Made by a program: the position numbers and the translations under genes. The notes under the pieces are model-generated. The model had not been told where the DNA came from and did not search any database. It saw only the letters and a program-made list of their open reading frames with translations. Below are positions 24,511-32,000 of a stretch of 32,000 nucleotides of DNA, in pieces. The stretch comes from Geobacter sp. AOG2 (GTDB lineage: Bacteria > Desulfobacterota > Desulfuromonadia > Geobacterales > Pseudopelobacteraceae): contig NZ_BLJA01000001.1 in the NCBI RefSeq assembly GCF_019972295.1, positions 2,142,158 through 2,174,157 of the forward strand. Direction: 5' to 3'. How positions within the stretch are numbered: position 1 is the first letter of the stretch; each line of letters starts with the position of its first letter.

Positions 24511-25464
24511 TCACGTCTTGCCAAATTTCTTCCTGACCCTGGCTTCAAGAAATGAATCGTGCGATCTTTCAAGAAAACGAGGTGCTCGTCCCATTATTGT
24601 TAAAGCACCGTAAAGATATGCCAGACTTTCCGAAAGTGCCCCAGTATAACGTAATGGCCACTTCATCCCTAGAACCGTACGTAGGCGACATAAAGCAAAC
24701 CTGAAAGCGGGGAAAGGAATGTTATGTTTTTTAGCAAAATAGATTCGATTCCTACTCCAGTAAAACCAGTTTAGAGGATGATCCCTTCGCCCTGTTGACG
24801 ATCCTACTTTATGATAGAGGATTGCGGATGGTATAACATAATTGAAGCTTCCCATATTCCGTACCCGCAAGCTTAGTTCCGAATCCTCCCAATACATAAA
24901 AAAATTTTCATCAAAGCCTTCGATGTTTTCCCACAACTGCCGGCTTCCGAACATTGCACAACCGGTAACAAAGTCTGTAACCGTAATGTCATCGTAACCG
25001 CCATCATCAATGCAGCCTTCTTCTCCATGATATCCTTTTAACTCGGGAAAATACTCCAGTATTCCACCGCAATATTGAATTGTTTCGGGCTCATCATAAT
25101 AGTAGATCTTGCATCCCAAGAGACCTGGATTAGTCAAGACGGAGTGTGCCTGCAACAGACGACTAACAATATCAGGTTTAACAATAGTGTCGTTATTGAG
25201 AAGAAAAATGAAGTCAGCCTTATGACTCAAGGCAAAGCTGATCGCTCTGTTGTTAGCTCTTGCGAATCCAAGATTTTCGGAATTAATAATCAAGAAGACA
25301 TCTGGATATTTCAATTTTATTACTTCCACAGTATTATCAGATGACGCATTATCAACTACCACGACTCTGTAGTTGCTGTAATCTATTGACCTAAGAGATT
25401 CGAGACACTCCACGGTATCAGCCAGACCATTCCAATTTACAATGATGATATAAACAAGTGGCAT
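24511..25464 (-). CDS. Glycosyltransferase family 2
   Basis: 317 aa. IIIVNWNGLADTVECLESL, VVVVDNASSDNT, NLGFARANN, LNNDT and a later WEDSEL (the DxD/ED region of GT2 rhamnosyl/galactosyl-type transferases). Low-GC DNA (25/60 at 25201-25260). Confidence 0.85.
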   Translation of the reverse strand: MPLVYIIIVNWNGLADTVECLESLRSIDYSNYRVVVVDNASSDNTVEVIKLKYPDVFLIINSENLGFARANNRAISFALSHKADFIFLLNNDTIVKPDIVSRLLQAHSVLTNPGLLGCKIYYYDEPETIQYCGGILEYFPELKGYHGEEGCIDDGGYDDITVTDFVTGCAMFGSRQLWENIEGFDENFFMYWEDSELSLRVRNMGSFNYVIPSAILYHKVGSSTGRRDHPLNWFYWSRNRIYFAKKHNIPFPAFRFALCRLRTVLGMKWPLRYTGALSESLAYLYGALTIMGRAPRFLERSHDSFLEARVRKKFGKT

Positions 25465-25511
25465 GCCAGTTAAGTCCGCTCCTGAATGGTAATTCCCTTA
25501 CAAGGGATGTT

Positions 25512-27137
25512 CTATTTCAGCAAAGAGTGCACTGCATCAAGGACCATTTCAACCGTTATGGCGGATATACAAGGGGGTTCACCATCAACAAAACAGAGGT
25601 CTCCACACCCGGAGCACCCCAACTCTGCCTTCACGATCAGATACTCGGAACATAGCGGTCGGCAAAAAGATACCAGGCCCGCTCCGTAAAGTGCAACAAT
25701 CTTTCTATCAAGAGCTGCCGCAATATGCATAACACCTGTATCTGGTGTTACTACAAGGTCAGAAATAGACAATAATGAGACTAGCTGGTTTAGATTTAGC
25801 GTGCCAACCAAATTAGGTAGTGGCCGATCAATCAGAGCATTAATCGTCTCTCCAAGTTCACGCTCACCTTCTCCGCCGACTATCACGGGGAAGATATCCT
25901 TTATCTCTGTCAGTGCACTGACCAGACCGGCGTATTTGTGCGGACTCCATCTTCTCTTTGGGCTCCCGGCTCCGATATTGATAGTAACAACGATGGAGTG
26001 TGGGTTCCACTTGTGTGCTGTTAGAGTCTGAAATACGGCTAACTTATCTGCCTTAGAAACTAGAAGTGACTTATGCAAGTAAGATCGCACGTTCTTACAA
26101 CTTAATTCCTCAGCCATAAATGCCGGCAAATCAGCAATGTGGTACATCATATATGTTGGGATAACTACAGACTGAACATGGTGAACCATGAGTCGCGCCA
26201 GTGGTAGTCTTTCCGCAATGGTGGCAACAGTTACCTTTCCCTTAAGAAGTGTGGCGAATAACACTCCCGTTCCAAGCTCGACCGGTTGGATGATGATGTC
26301 GTAGCGTTCCAAACGTAACTGAAGAACACGTTGGAGAATCCTAAAAAACGCCTTAAATCCTTGCAGTTGAACTTTTTGCTCGTGCCAAGGCGCTTGCCAA
26401 TACTGGAGTCGGTCACAAAATCTCGCTGGCTGCACTCTATGTTGTTCCTCGATTATGCTGCCGCTTCTTCGGGACGCAAGCACCGTTATTTCAGATTCGG
26501 GGTATTTCTCACGTATGGCGAGTAAAGTTGGAAGGGTTAAGACCATATCGCCCAACACGTCAAGACGTATGAAAAGAATCCTGTGGCGGTCAGAACCTTT
26601 TCGAAAATACACAAGGATGCCGAGCAGTGTCTGAAAGACTAAAGCTACGATATAAACGATGCGCACCTTAAACGCTATTTCAAGCTCACGTCTGGCGTAG
26701 CGGCGAGATAAGCGGCTTATTTCTCCCGCGTTGTCCTTTCCTGATTGCAAGAAATCGCGTAGCTTAAGGGTATTTCTCAGGAGATAAACAGCATAAGGGA
26801 TGACGGACGGGACGACCCGATAGAGTTCAAGATCGCCAGGAGCAAAATTGTGCTTAAAAAAAATGAAGACGCTTTCCGAACTCTTACTTGATAGAGCAGC
26901 GGAAAGTTGGTCCTTTCCCTCCGTGATAACAAGGTTGTCAAAGGGAAAACTCTCTGAAGCGGCATAACAGTCGGCCCAGTTGGTCAATTTAACCCTGTGT
27001 AGGATCGCATTGACCTTTACACCAACATACTGTTTTCGAATTTCATCGACAATTGGAAGGAAATGTTCCGAAAAGTCAGCCGAAAATTCAGCGACGACCA
27101 GAATGGCGTTCGTAATGGCACTCGGTGAATTACACAC
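25512..27137 (-). CDS. Glycosyltransferase family 9 domain with a ~180-aa N-terminal extension and a TM helix
   Basis: 541 aa. Residues ~186-541 are GT9-like (ILFIRLDVLGDMVLTLPTLLAIREKYP, GAGSPKRRWSPHKY, TPDTGVMHIAAALDRKIVALYG). Residues ~157-178 (VRIVYIVALVFQTLLGILVYF) are hydrophobic. There is no internal Met before aa 197, so the extension is probably real. GTG start with a weak RBS. Confidence 0.75.
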   Translation of the reverse strand: MCNSPSAITNAILVVAEFSADFSEHFLPIVDEIRKQYVGVKVNAILHRVKLTNWADCYAASESFPFDNLVITEGKDQLSAALSSKSSESVFIFFKHNFAPGDLELYRVVPSVIPYAVYLLRNTLKLRDFLQSGKDNAGEISRLSRRYARRELEIAFKVRIVYIVALVFQTLLGILVYFRKGSDRHRILFIRLDVLGDMVLTLPTLLAIREKYPESEITVLASRRSGSIIEEQHRVQPARFCDRLQYWQAPWHEQKVQLQGFKAFFRILQRVLQLRLERYDIIIQPVELGTGVLFATLLKGKVTVATIAERLPLARLMVHHVQSVVIPTYMMYHIADLPAFMAEELSCKNVRSYLHKSLLVSKADKLAVFQTLTAHKWNPHSIVVTINIGAGSPKRRWSPHKYAGLVSALTEIKDIFPVIVGGEGERELGETINALIDRPLPNLVGTLNLNQLVSLLSISDLVVTPDTGVMHIAAALDRKIVALYGAGLVSFCRPLCSEYLIVKAELGCSGCGDLCFVDGEPPCISAITVEMVLDAVHSLLK

Positions 27138-27184
27138 CTCTAAGAATCCTTATCGCTATCCAGTAATTCGAGATACAACTCATG

Positions 27185-28342
27185 TCAGCATTCATTCATA
27201 GCTATCTCACCCAAGATTTTTTCCATTGTGTCCACTGAAGATTCCCAAGTGAACTTTGTAGCCATCTCCTCTCCCTTTAATGAAAGGTTATTCCGGTAAT
27301 CAATATCGACAATCAGCTTGCACAAGCCGTCGGCAATCGACTCTACATTCCTAGGCTCAACGATATGGGCGGTATCAGCATGAAAAGCGTAATCTTCTGT
27401 ACCAGGCTGCGTTGTTATCACAGCTAGACCACAGGCCATCGCTTCGATAGGAAACAAGGGAAAACTCTCATACCACGACGCGCTGAGGAGAATATCCGCC
27501 TTATTGTAGGCTTGACCGAGCTCTACAGGTTTTAAAAACCCCAGGGGCAGGTAACGGGCTACCGGGTTATCCGGTGGCAGTATGGCGTTTCCATAAACAA
27601 ACCACTCGATGGTGTAATTAGGTAGACGTGATCGAGTTAGCGCCACGGCCTTTGCCATTTCAAGGAAACCTTTCCAAGCCGCGCAGCGTCCACCGTAGCT
27701 GATAATCTTGACGGATTCGGTATCCTTGGCAAAGTGCATGTTCTTGTAAATTTCGTGATCTACAGCATTCAAACATTTAAAGATATCGGGTTTTAGGCAA
27801 TGTGAACGAGCATACTCATTCACCGTATTGTAGAGCCATTGTGAGTTTGCAATCTTGACAATAGGCAATTGATAGGTCATTTCACACTTCGTTTTCTCAT
27901 AGCACTCTCCATCGAAGAATACTGTTTCGAAGTGTTGCATGAAATAGACCTTCTTCCCGCTGCCGAATTTGATGACCGGCTCCACAGTGTCCCACGCCGT
28001 TGCAATGGTGATCACTGAATCTGTTGGCATGATTCGCGCGAAATAATCATTTGTTATGGCAGCCTTCATCTCCTGAGACCTGTAGTTAAAACTGGCTATT
28101 TCGATCATATTCAAAATACTATGTTTGAATTCAGAAATGCTTGACAGTTTCAGCCTATTCTTCTCTCTCAACAGAAAAGAGGCGTCACATCTTATCCATT
28201 TTGGCATAGCACTATGCACACCAGGCGTAATTATGACGTCATGGCCTTTACGAGCAAGTCCATCCGCGTATTTTAATATACAGTAAATGCCACCGCTAAA
28301 ATTGGTGGCACTCAGAGGAGGAGTTACAAAATTAAGCTTCAC
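27185..28342 (-). CDS. Glycosyltransferase, GT-B fold (GT4-like)
   Basis: 385 aa. N-terminal GGIYCILKYADGLARKGHDV and C-terminal ADILLSASWYESFPLFPIEAMACGLAVITT (the E-x7-E region). GTG start 5 nt after AGGAGG; overlaps the wzt end by 11 nt. Confidence 0.8.
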   Translation of the reverse strand: MKLNFVTPPLSATNFSGGIYCILKYADGLARKGHDVIITPGVHSAMPKWIRCDASFLLREKNRLKLSSISEFKHSILNMIEIASFNYRSQEMKAAITNDYFARIMPTDSVITIATAWDTVEPVIKFGSGKKVYFMQHFETVFFDGECYEKTKCEMTYQLPIVKIANSQWLYNTVNEYARSHCLKPDIFKCLNAVDHEIYKNMHFAKDTESVKIISYGGRCAAWKGFLEMAKAVALTRSRLPNYTIEWFVYGNAILPPDNPVARYLPLGFLKPVELGQAYNKADILLSASWYESFPLFPIEAMACGLAVITTQPGTEDYAFHADTAHIVEPRNVESIADGLCKLIVDIDYRNNLSLKGEEMATKFTWESSVDTMEKILGEIAMNEC

Positions 28343-29588
28343 CGGGGCCTCCTGTCGTTCTAGGCGATACCAACCACGAATCAGGCAGCTTCATGTAACC
28401 CTTGTAACCTTCACCATTTATTTCAAGTAGCGAATCATCCCGCAACACGTCAAAGGCACACAAACACTCGTTCTGGTCGAAACAGGTGGAGTTCCCCCAA
28501 ATGGCTCCTTCGACCCGATAGTGGCCTGAATGAAATAGTTTCATCGGTATCTTGAGTATGTATTCATTAATACCGAGACTTACATGTGTCATGCTGTCCA
28601 GAATGCACGATGACAGCAAAGGGATACCGATGGAATTGTAGATGGTGATGCCACAGTTTATGTTTTTATTGAAACCTATTTCAACGACTATCGACAGGTG
28701 CACGTTGTCGCGTTGGCTCAGCACGCCGACGTCTCCACCCTCAATAGAGACAGACTTGAATCTGTTTATCTTTGCCGAGGGGCTAAGCTGTTGCTGCTTT
28801 TGTAGGTCCAGATATTTAGCAAAAAGCGCTTCGAAGTCGGTGCTTGATCCAGCTATGGCCCCAGCATGCATACAGAGGCAACTACTACACATTGCCTTGA
28901 TTGCACCAAGATTGTGGCTCACGAACAACACTGTCCTTCCTTCTTTAGATGAGACCTCCTCCATTTTCCCGAGACATTTTGCCTGAAACAGAACATCCCC
29001 GACCGCCAGGACCTCATCGACGACAAGAATCTCCGGCTCCAGATGGGCCGCCACGGCAAAGGCCAGCCTTACGTACATCCCCGAGGAATAGCGCTTAACC
29101 GGTGTATCGAGAAACTTCTCGATCTCGGCAAAGTCGACGATCTCGTCGAACTTTTTCCTGATCTCCGCCCGCCCCATCCCCAGGATGGCGCCGTTGAGGT
29201 AGATGTTCTCCCGGCCGGTCAGCTCGGGATGAAAACCGGTCCCCACCTCCAGCAGGCTGGCCACCCTTCCCTTGATGCGGACGCTGCCGGTGGTCGGTTC
29301 GGTGATGCGGCTGAGAATCTTGAGCAGCGTCGATTTGCCGGCGCCGTTACGGCCGATGATGCCGATGCGGTCCCCCTGCTTGACCTCGAAGGACACATCC
29401 TTCAGCGCCCAGAACTCTTCCCGCTCCGCACTGCGCGTCGTTGCCCCGCCCCGCCCCAGCAGCCTGCGGCCGAGAGTTTTCACGCCGTCGCTCAGCACGT
29501 CGCGCAAGGCCACATACGGCTGTTGGCCGGACTGGTGCCGCAGGAGGTATTTCTTGCCGAGATTTTCGACCGTAATGACCGTGGACAT
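28332..29588 (-). CDS. wzt: Polysaccharide ABC exporter ATP-binding protein with a C-terminal glycan-binding-type extension (Wzt/TagH-like)
   Basis: 418 aa from the ATG at 29588 (MSTVITVENLGKKY). FWALKDVSFEV, Walker A GRNGAGKST, GFHPELTGRENI, signature YSSGMYVRLAFA, Walker B ILVVDEVLAVGD, H-loop VSHN. A ~165-aa extra C-terminal domain follows, as in O-antigen Wzt proteins. Confidence 0.9.
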   Translation of the reverse strand: MSTVITVENLGKKYLLRHQSGQQPYVALRDVLSDGVKTLGRRLLGRGGATTRSAEREEFWALKDVSFEVKQGDRIGIIGRNGAGKSTLLKILSRITEPTTGSVRIKGRVASLLEVGTGFHPELTGRENIYLNGAILGMGRAEIRKKFDEIVDFAEIEKFLDTPVKRYSSGMYVRLAFAVAAHLEPEILVVDEVLAVGDVLFQAKCLGKMEEVSSKEGRTVLFVSHNLGAIKAMCSSCLCMHAGAIAGSSTDFEALFAKYLDLQKQQQLSPSAKINRFKSVSIEGGDVGVLSQRDNVHLSIVVEIGFNKNINCGITIYNSIGIPLLSSCILDSMTHVSLGINEYILKIPMKLFHSGHYRVEGAIWGNSTCFDQNECLCAFDVLRDDSLLEINGEGYKGYMKLPDSWLVSPRTTGGPGEA

Positions 29589-29592
29589 GCGG

Positions 29593-30417
29593 TTACACCA
29601 CGTCCGCAAAGCTGCGTTCCATGCGGCGGAAGTAGAAAACTCCGCCGGCAAGGATCAGGACGACGAGGACAAAGGAGAGAGCAAAGCCGGGCCAGTTGAC
29701 CGGGAAGGCGTCCCCCAGGAGCGCCCAGCGAAAACCGTCGATAACGCCGACCATGGGGTTGAGAAAGTACAGGAAGCGCCACTGCTCCGGCACGATGGCG
29801 CTGGAAAAGCCGACCGGCGAGATGTAGAGCCCGAACTGCACCAGAAACGGCACCACGTAGCGGAAGTCGCGATATTGCACGTTGAGCGCCGAGAGCCACA
29901 ACCCGGCGCCGAAAGAGGCCATGAACGCCATCATGAAGAAGGCGGGCAAAAAGAGGATTCTCATGTCGGGGACGAAACGGTACCAGACCATCAGCCCGAC
30001 GAGGATGACGGCGGAGATGAGGAAATCCACCATGCTGACGATGACCGAGCCGGCCGGGACGATCAGGCGGGGGAAGTAGACCTTGGTGAGCAGGTTCGAG
30101 TTGTCGATCAGTGAATTGCTGCTCTCGGTGAGCGAGTTGGCGAAGAACTGCCACGGCAGCATGGCCGCGTAGACCATGATCGGATAAGGGACGCCGTTGG
30201 AGGGAAGTTTGGCCAGCTTGCCGAAGACGATGGTGAAGACCACCATGGTCAACAGCGGGCGCAACACGCTCCAGGCGATACCGATGGCGGTCTGCTTGTA
30301 GCGCACCAGAATATCCCGCCACGCCAGAAAGAAGAAAAGCTCCCGGTAGCGCCAGATATCGCGCCAGTAGTGGAGCGCGCCCATACCGGGCTTTATGATG
30401 ATTTCCGGCTGTTCCAT
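29593..30417 (-). CDS. wzm: Polysaccharide ABC exporter permease (ABC-2 type, Wzm/TagG-like)
   Basis: 274 aa from the ATG at 30417 (MEQPEIIIKP). WRYRELFFFLAWRDILVRYKQTAIGIAWSVLRPLL is the typical ABC-2 N-terminus, followed by six hydrophobic segments. Confidence 0.88.
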   Translation of the reverse strand: MEQPEIIIKPGMGALHYWRDIWRYRELFFFLAWRDILVRYKQTAIGIAWSVLRPLLTMVVFTIVFGKLAKLPSNGVPYPIMVYAAMLPWQFFANSLTESSNSLIDNSNLLTKVYFPRLIVPAGSVIVSMVDFLISAVILVGLMVWYRFVPDMRILFLPAFFMMAFMASFGAGLWLSALNVQYRDFRYVVPFLVQFGLYISPVGFSSAIVPEQWRFLYFLNPMVGVIDGFRWALLGDAFPVNWPGFALSFVLVVLILAGGVFYFRRMERSFADVV

Positions 30418-30421
30418 CGTC

Positions 30422-31324
30422 TCAATTGTACTGAAAGCCTTCCTTTTTGAAAAGGGAAACAAACACCCCGGCAAAAAAGCCGATGCCGAAGCGCCCCATC
30501 TCCCGGCATCGCCTGACGGGAAGCAGGTACAAGGGTGCGTGCCGGGAGCAGTTGAGGATGATTATCAGCCAGATCGGCAAGGGGTATTTCGAGCGCAAGC
30601 CATAGAACGAGTGTCCCACGGACCGTGGCTTGCGAAAATTGGGGACCAGGAGCGGCGGATGAAAATAGTTCAGTTCCGGGACGTTCTCCGAGCGCTTGCC
30701 GGCCATCAGAAACCTGACGACGAATTCCACGTCCTCCTGCCCCACGAAGTGGGACATGAATCCGCCCAACTCCTCAAGGACCTCCCGGCGATAGGCGGTA
30801 CAGCGGCTGGTCATGAAATAGGGATCATGGAAGCCGTAGCGGCCCCGGATCAGGTTGAAGCTGGCATGGCCGTGGGGCACCACGGCATCCGGGCCGGCAT
30901 CCCGCCCGAACCGGTCGTCGAGGATCGCGAGGAAATCCCGCTGCAATATGATGGTGTCGTCGTCCAGGAACAGCACGATCTCGCCCTTGGTCCGGGACAG
31001 GCCGAAGTTCCTCGAATAGCCCATTTTACCGAAATTCGCATCGAGGGGGAGATAGACGATCCGCAGCCGGTCCGAAAAATGTTCCGCAAGCCGCCTGCCG
31101 CCGTCCGTGCCGTTCCGGTCCTCGACGAGGACCACCTCGAAACGGTCCCGGTCATAGCGCTGCTGGGCAAGGGAGTTAAGAATGCCGGACAGCAGGTCGA
31201 GCCGGCCGTAAAAGTTGATGACGCAGGAGATGCGGATACCGTCCCGCGCCTGGGGCACGGAACAATCCCCCCGCAGGTCGAACGGGAACGCCTTGTAAAG
31301 CCATCCCAGCAGGGCGCGTCTCAT
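30422..31324 (-). CDS. Glycosyltransferase family 2
   Basis: 300 aa from the ATG at 31324, which overlaps the upstream stop (ATGA). ISCVINFYGRLDLLSGILNSLAQQ, VVLVEDRNGTD, LFLDDDTI and GQEDVEF. Hydrophobic C-terminal tail. The 125 upstream codons of the track ORF overlap the UbiA-like gene and are rejected. Confidence 0.8.
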   Translation of the reverse strand: MRRALLGWLYKAFPFDLRGDCSVPQARDGIRISCVINFYGRLDLLSGILNSLAQQRYDRDRFEVVLVEDRNGTDGGRRLAEHFSDRLRIVYLPLDANFGKMGYSRNFGLSRTKGEIVLFLDDDTIILQRDFLAILDDRFGRDAGPDAVVPHGHASFNLIRGRYGFHDPYFMTSRCTAYRREVLEELGGFMSHFVGQEDVEFVVRFLMAGKRSENVPELNYFHPPLLVPNFRKPRSVGHSFYGLRSKYPLPIWLIIILNCSRHAPLYLLPVRRCREMGRFGIGFFAGVFVSLFKKEGFQYN

Positions 31325-32000
31325 GGGGCGTAGATCCCCCACCCCACCATCAGCATCCAGGCGAGCCCCACCATGAACAGCGGCAGGTCCCTGGTCAGGG
31401 ATTCGGTCGGGTCGCCCCCCTTCCCGGACTGGACCCGGAGGATGTAGCGAAGGAGCCCGAAGCAGCAGAGCGGCACGGAATAGATGAGAATCGGCGAGTG
31501 GCGCGTGATCACGTAGAGGGTGTAGGTCACCAGCACGGCTGAGCCGGTCAGGTACATGGTTCCGTCCAGAAAGCCTTCGGGATAGGTGGCCAGCGCCTTG
31601 CGGTGATCGGCGGCGGACGCCCCCAGGCGGTTCTTCTCGCTTAGGCGCTTGCCGGTGCTGAGGAAGATCGCCAAAAGGAATACGCTGAGGAACAGCCATT
31701 CCGAGATCGTCACCCCGAAAGCGGCCCCCCCGGCTTCCAGCCGCAACAGAAATCCGGCCGATATGCAGAAGATGTCCACCAGGGCGTACTCCTTCAACCT
31801 GATGGAGTAGGCGCAGGAGACAAGGCCGTAGATCGCCAGGAAGAGCAGAAACGGCAGGGATACGCTCCAGGCGAGGCCCACGGCGGCCAGGGCCAGCGCC
31901 AGGGCCAGCATACCGGCGGAGACGGCCGATATCCGGCCGGAGGGCAGCGGCCGCAACCTCTTTTCCGGGTGGTTGCGATCGTTTTCCCGGTCCAGCAGGT
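31321..32000 (-). CDS. UbiA-family prenyltransferase, decaprenyl-phosphate phosphoribosyltransferase (DPPR synthase)-like; 5' end outside the window
   Basis: The polytopic membrane protein continues upstream of the track ORF. Nucleotides 31957-32000 (minus) translate as LLDRENDRNHPEKR, joined to LRPLPSGRIS. This is the D-x3-DR-x-HP-x-K-x2-RP-x-xSG motif I associate with Rv3806c-type enzymes. The apparent M at 31956 is an internal TTG Leu. Confidence 0.7.
   Translation of the reverse strand, partial: LLDRENDRNHPEKRLRPLPSGRISAVSAGMLALALALAAVGLAWSVSLPFLLFLAIYGLVSCAYSIRLKEYALVDIFCISAGFLLRLEAGGAAFGVTISEWLFLSVFLLAIFLSTGKRLSEKNRLGASAADHRKALATYPEGFLDGTMYLTGSAVLVTYTLYVITRHSPILIYSVPLCCFGLLRYILRVQSGKGGDPTESLTRDLPLFMVGLAWMLMVGWGIYAP

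Overview
High-GC bacterial chromosome segment (38/60 G+C in the line I hand-counted, 6001-6060). Gene content resembles Geobacter-like Desulfuromonadota, but that is only a guess. It falls into three blocks.

(1) 1-7650, core genes: secD, yajC, tgt and queA on the minus strand, a SpoIID-domain protein, and an Opp/Dpp-type ABC ATPase pair.

(2) 7652-13078, a ~5.4-kb accessory island with no integrase, bounded by a 12-bp direct repeat that starts 2 nt after the oppF-like stop. It carries a frameshifted HTH antitoxin, an intact mazEF, an intact and very AT-rich 841-aa orphan gene with a SEC-C zinc motif and TPR-like repeats, a parDE-type pair with an enlarged antitoxin, and a fossil higBA.

(3) 13.1-32 kb: an ArsR-family regulator, bioF-bioH-bioC with a BirA-like operator, and a sensor kinase with a 4-Cys motif. 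A large surface-glycan cluster follows: manC, lipoprotein, cupin, rmlD, rmlB, two GT9, a UGM-like flavoenzyme, GT2, GT4, wzt, wzm, GT2 and a UbiA/DPPR-synthase-like gene. This cluster contains a second low-GC cassette whose boundary lies inside wzt.

I saw no rRNA, tRNA, CRISPR array, transposase or integrase. The best candidate for an undescribed system is the low-GC gene at 9035-11560, which sits between parDE and mazEF. Its N-terminal ~440 aa match nothing I recognise. All family calls come from reading the translated ORFs; no database search was possible.
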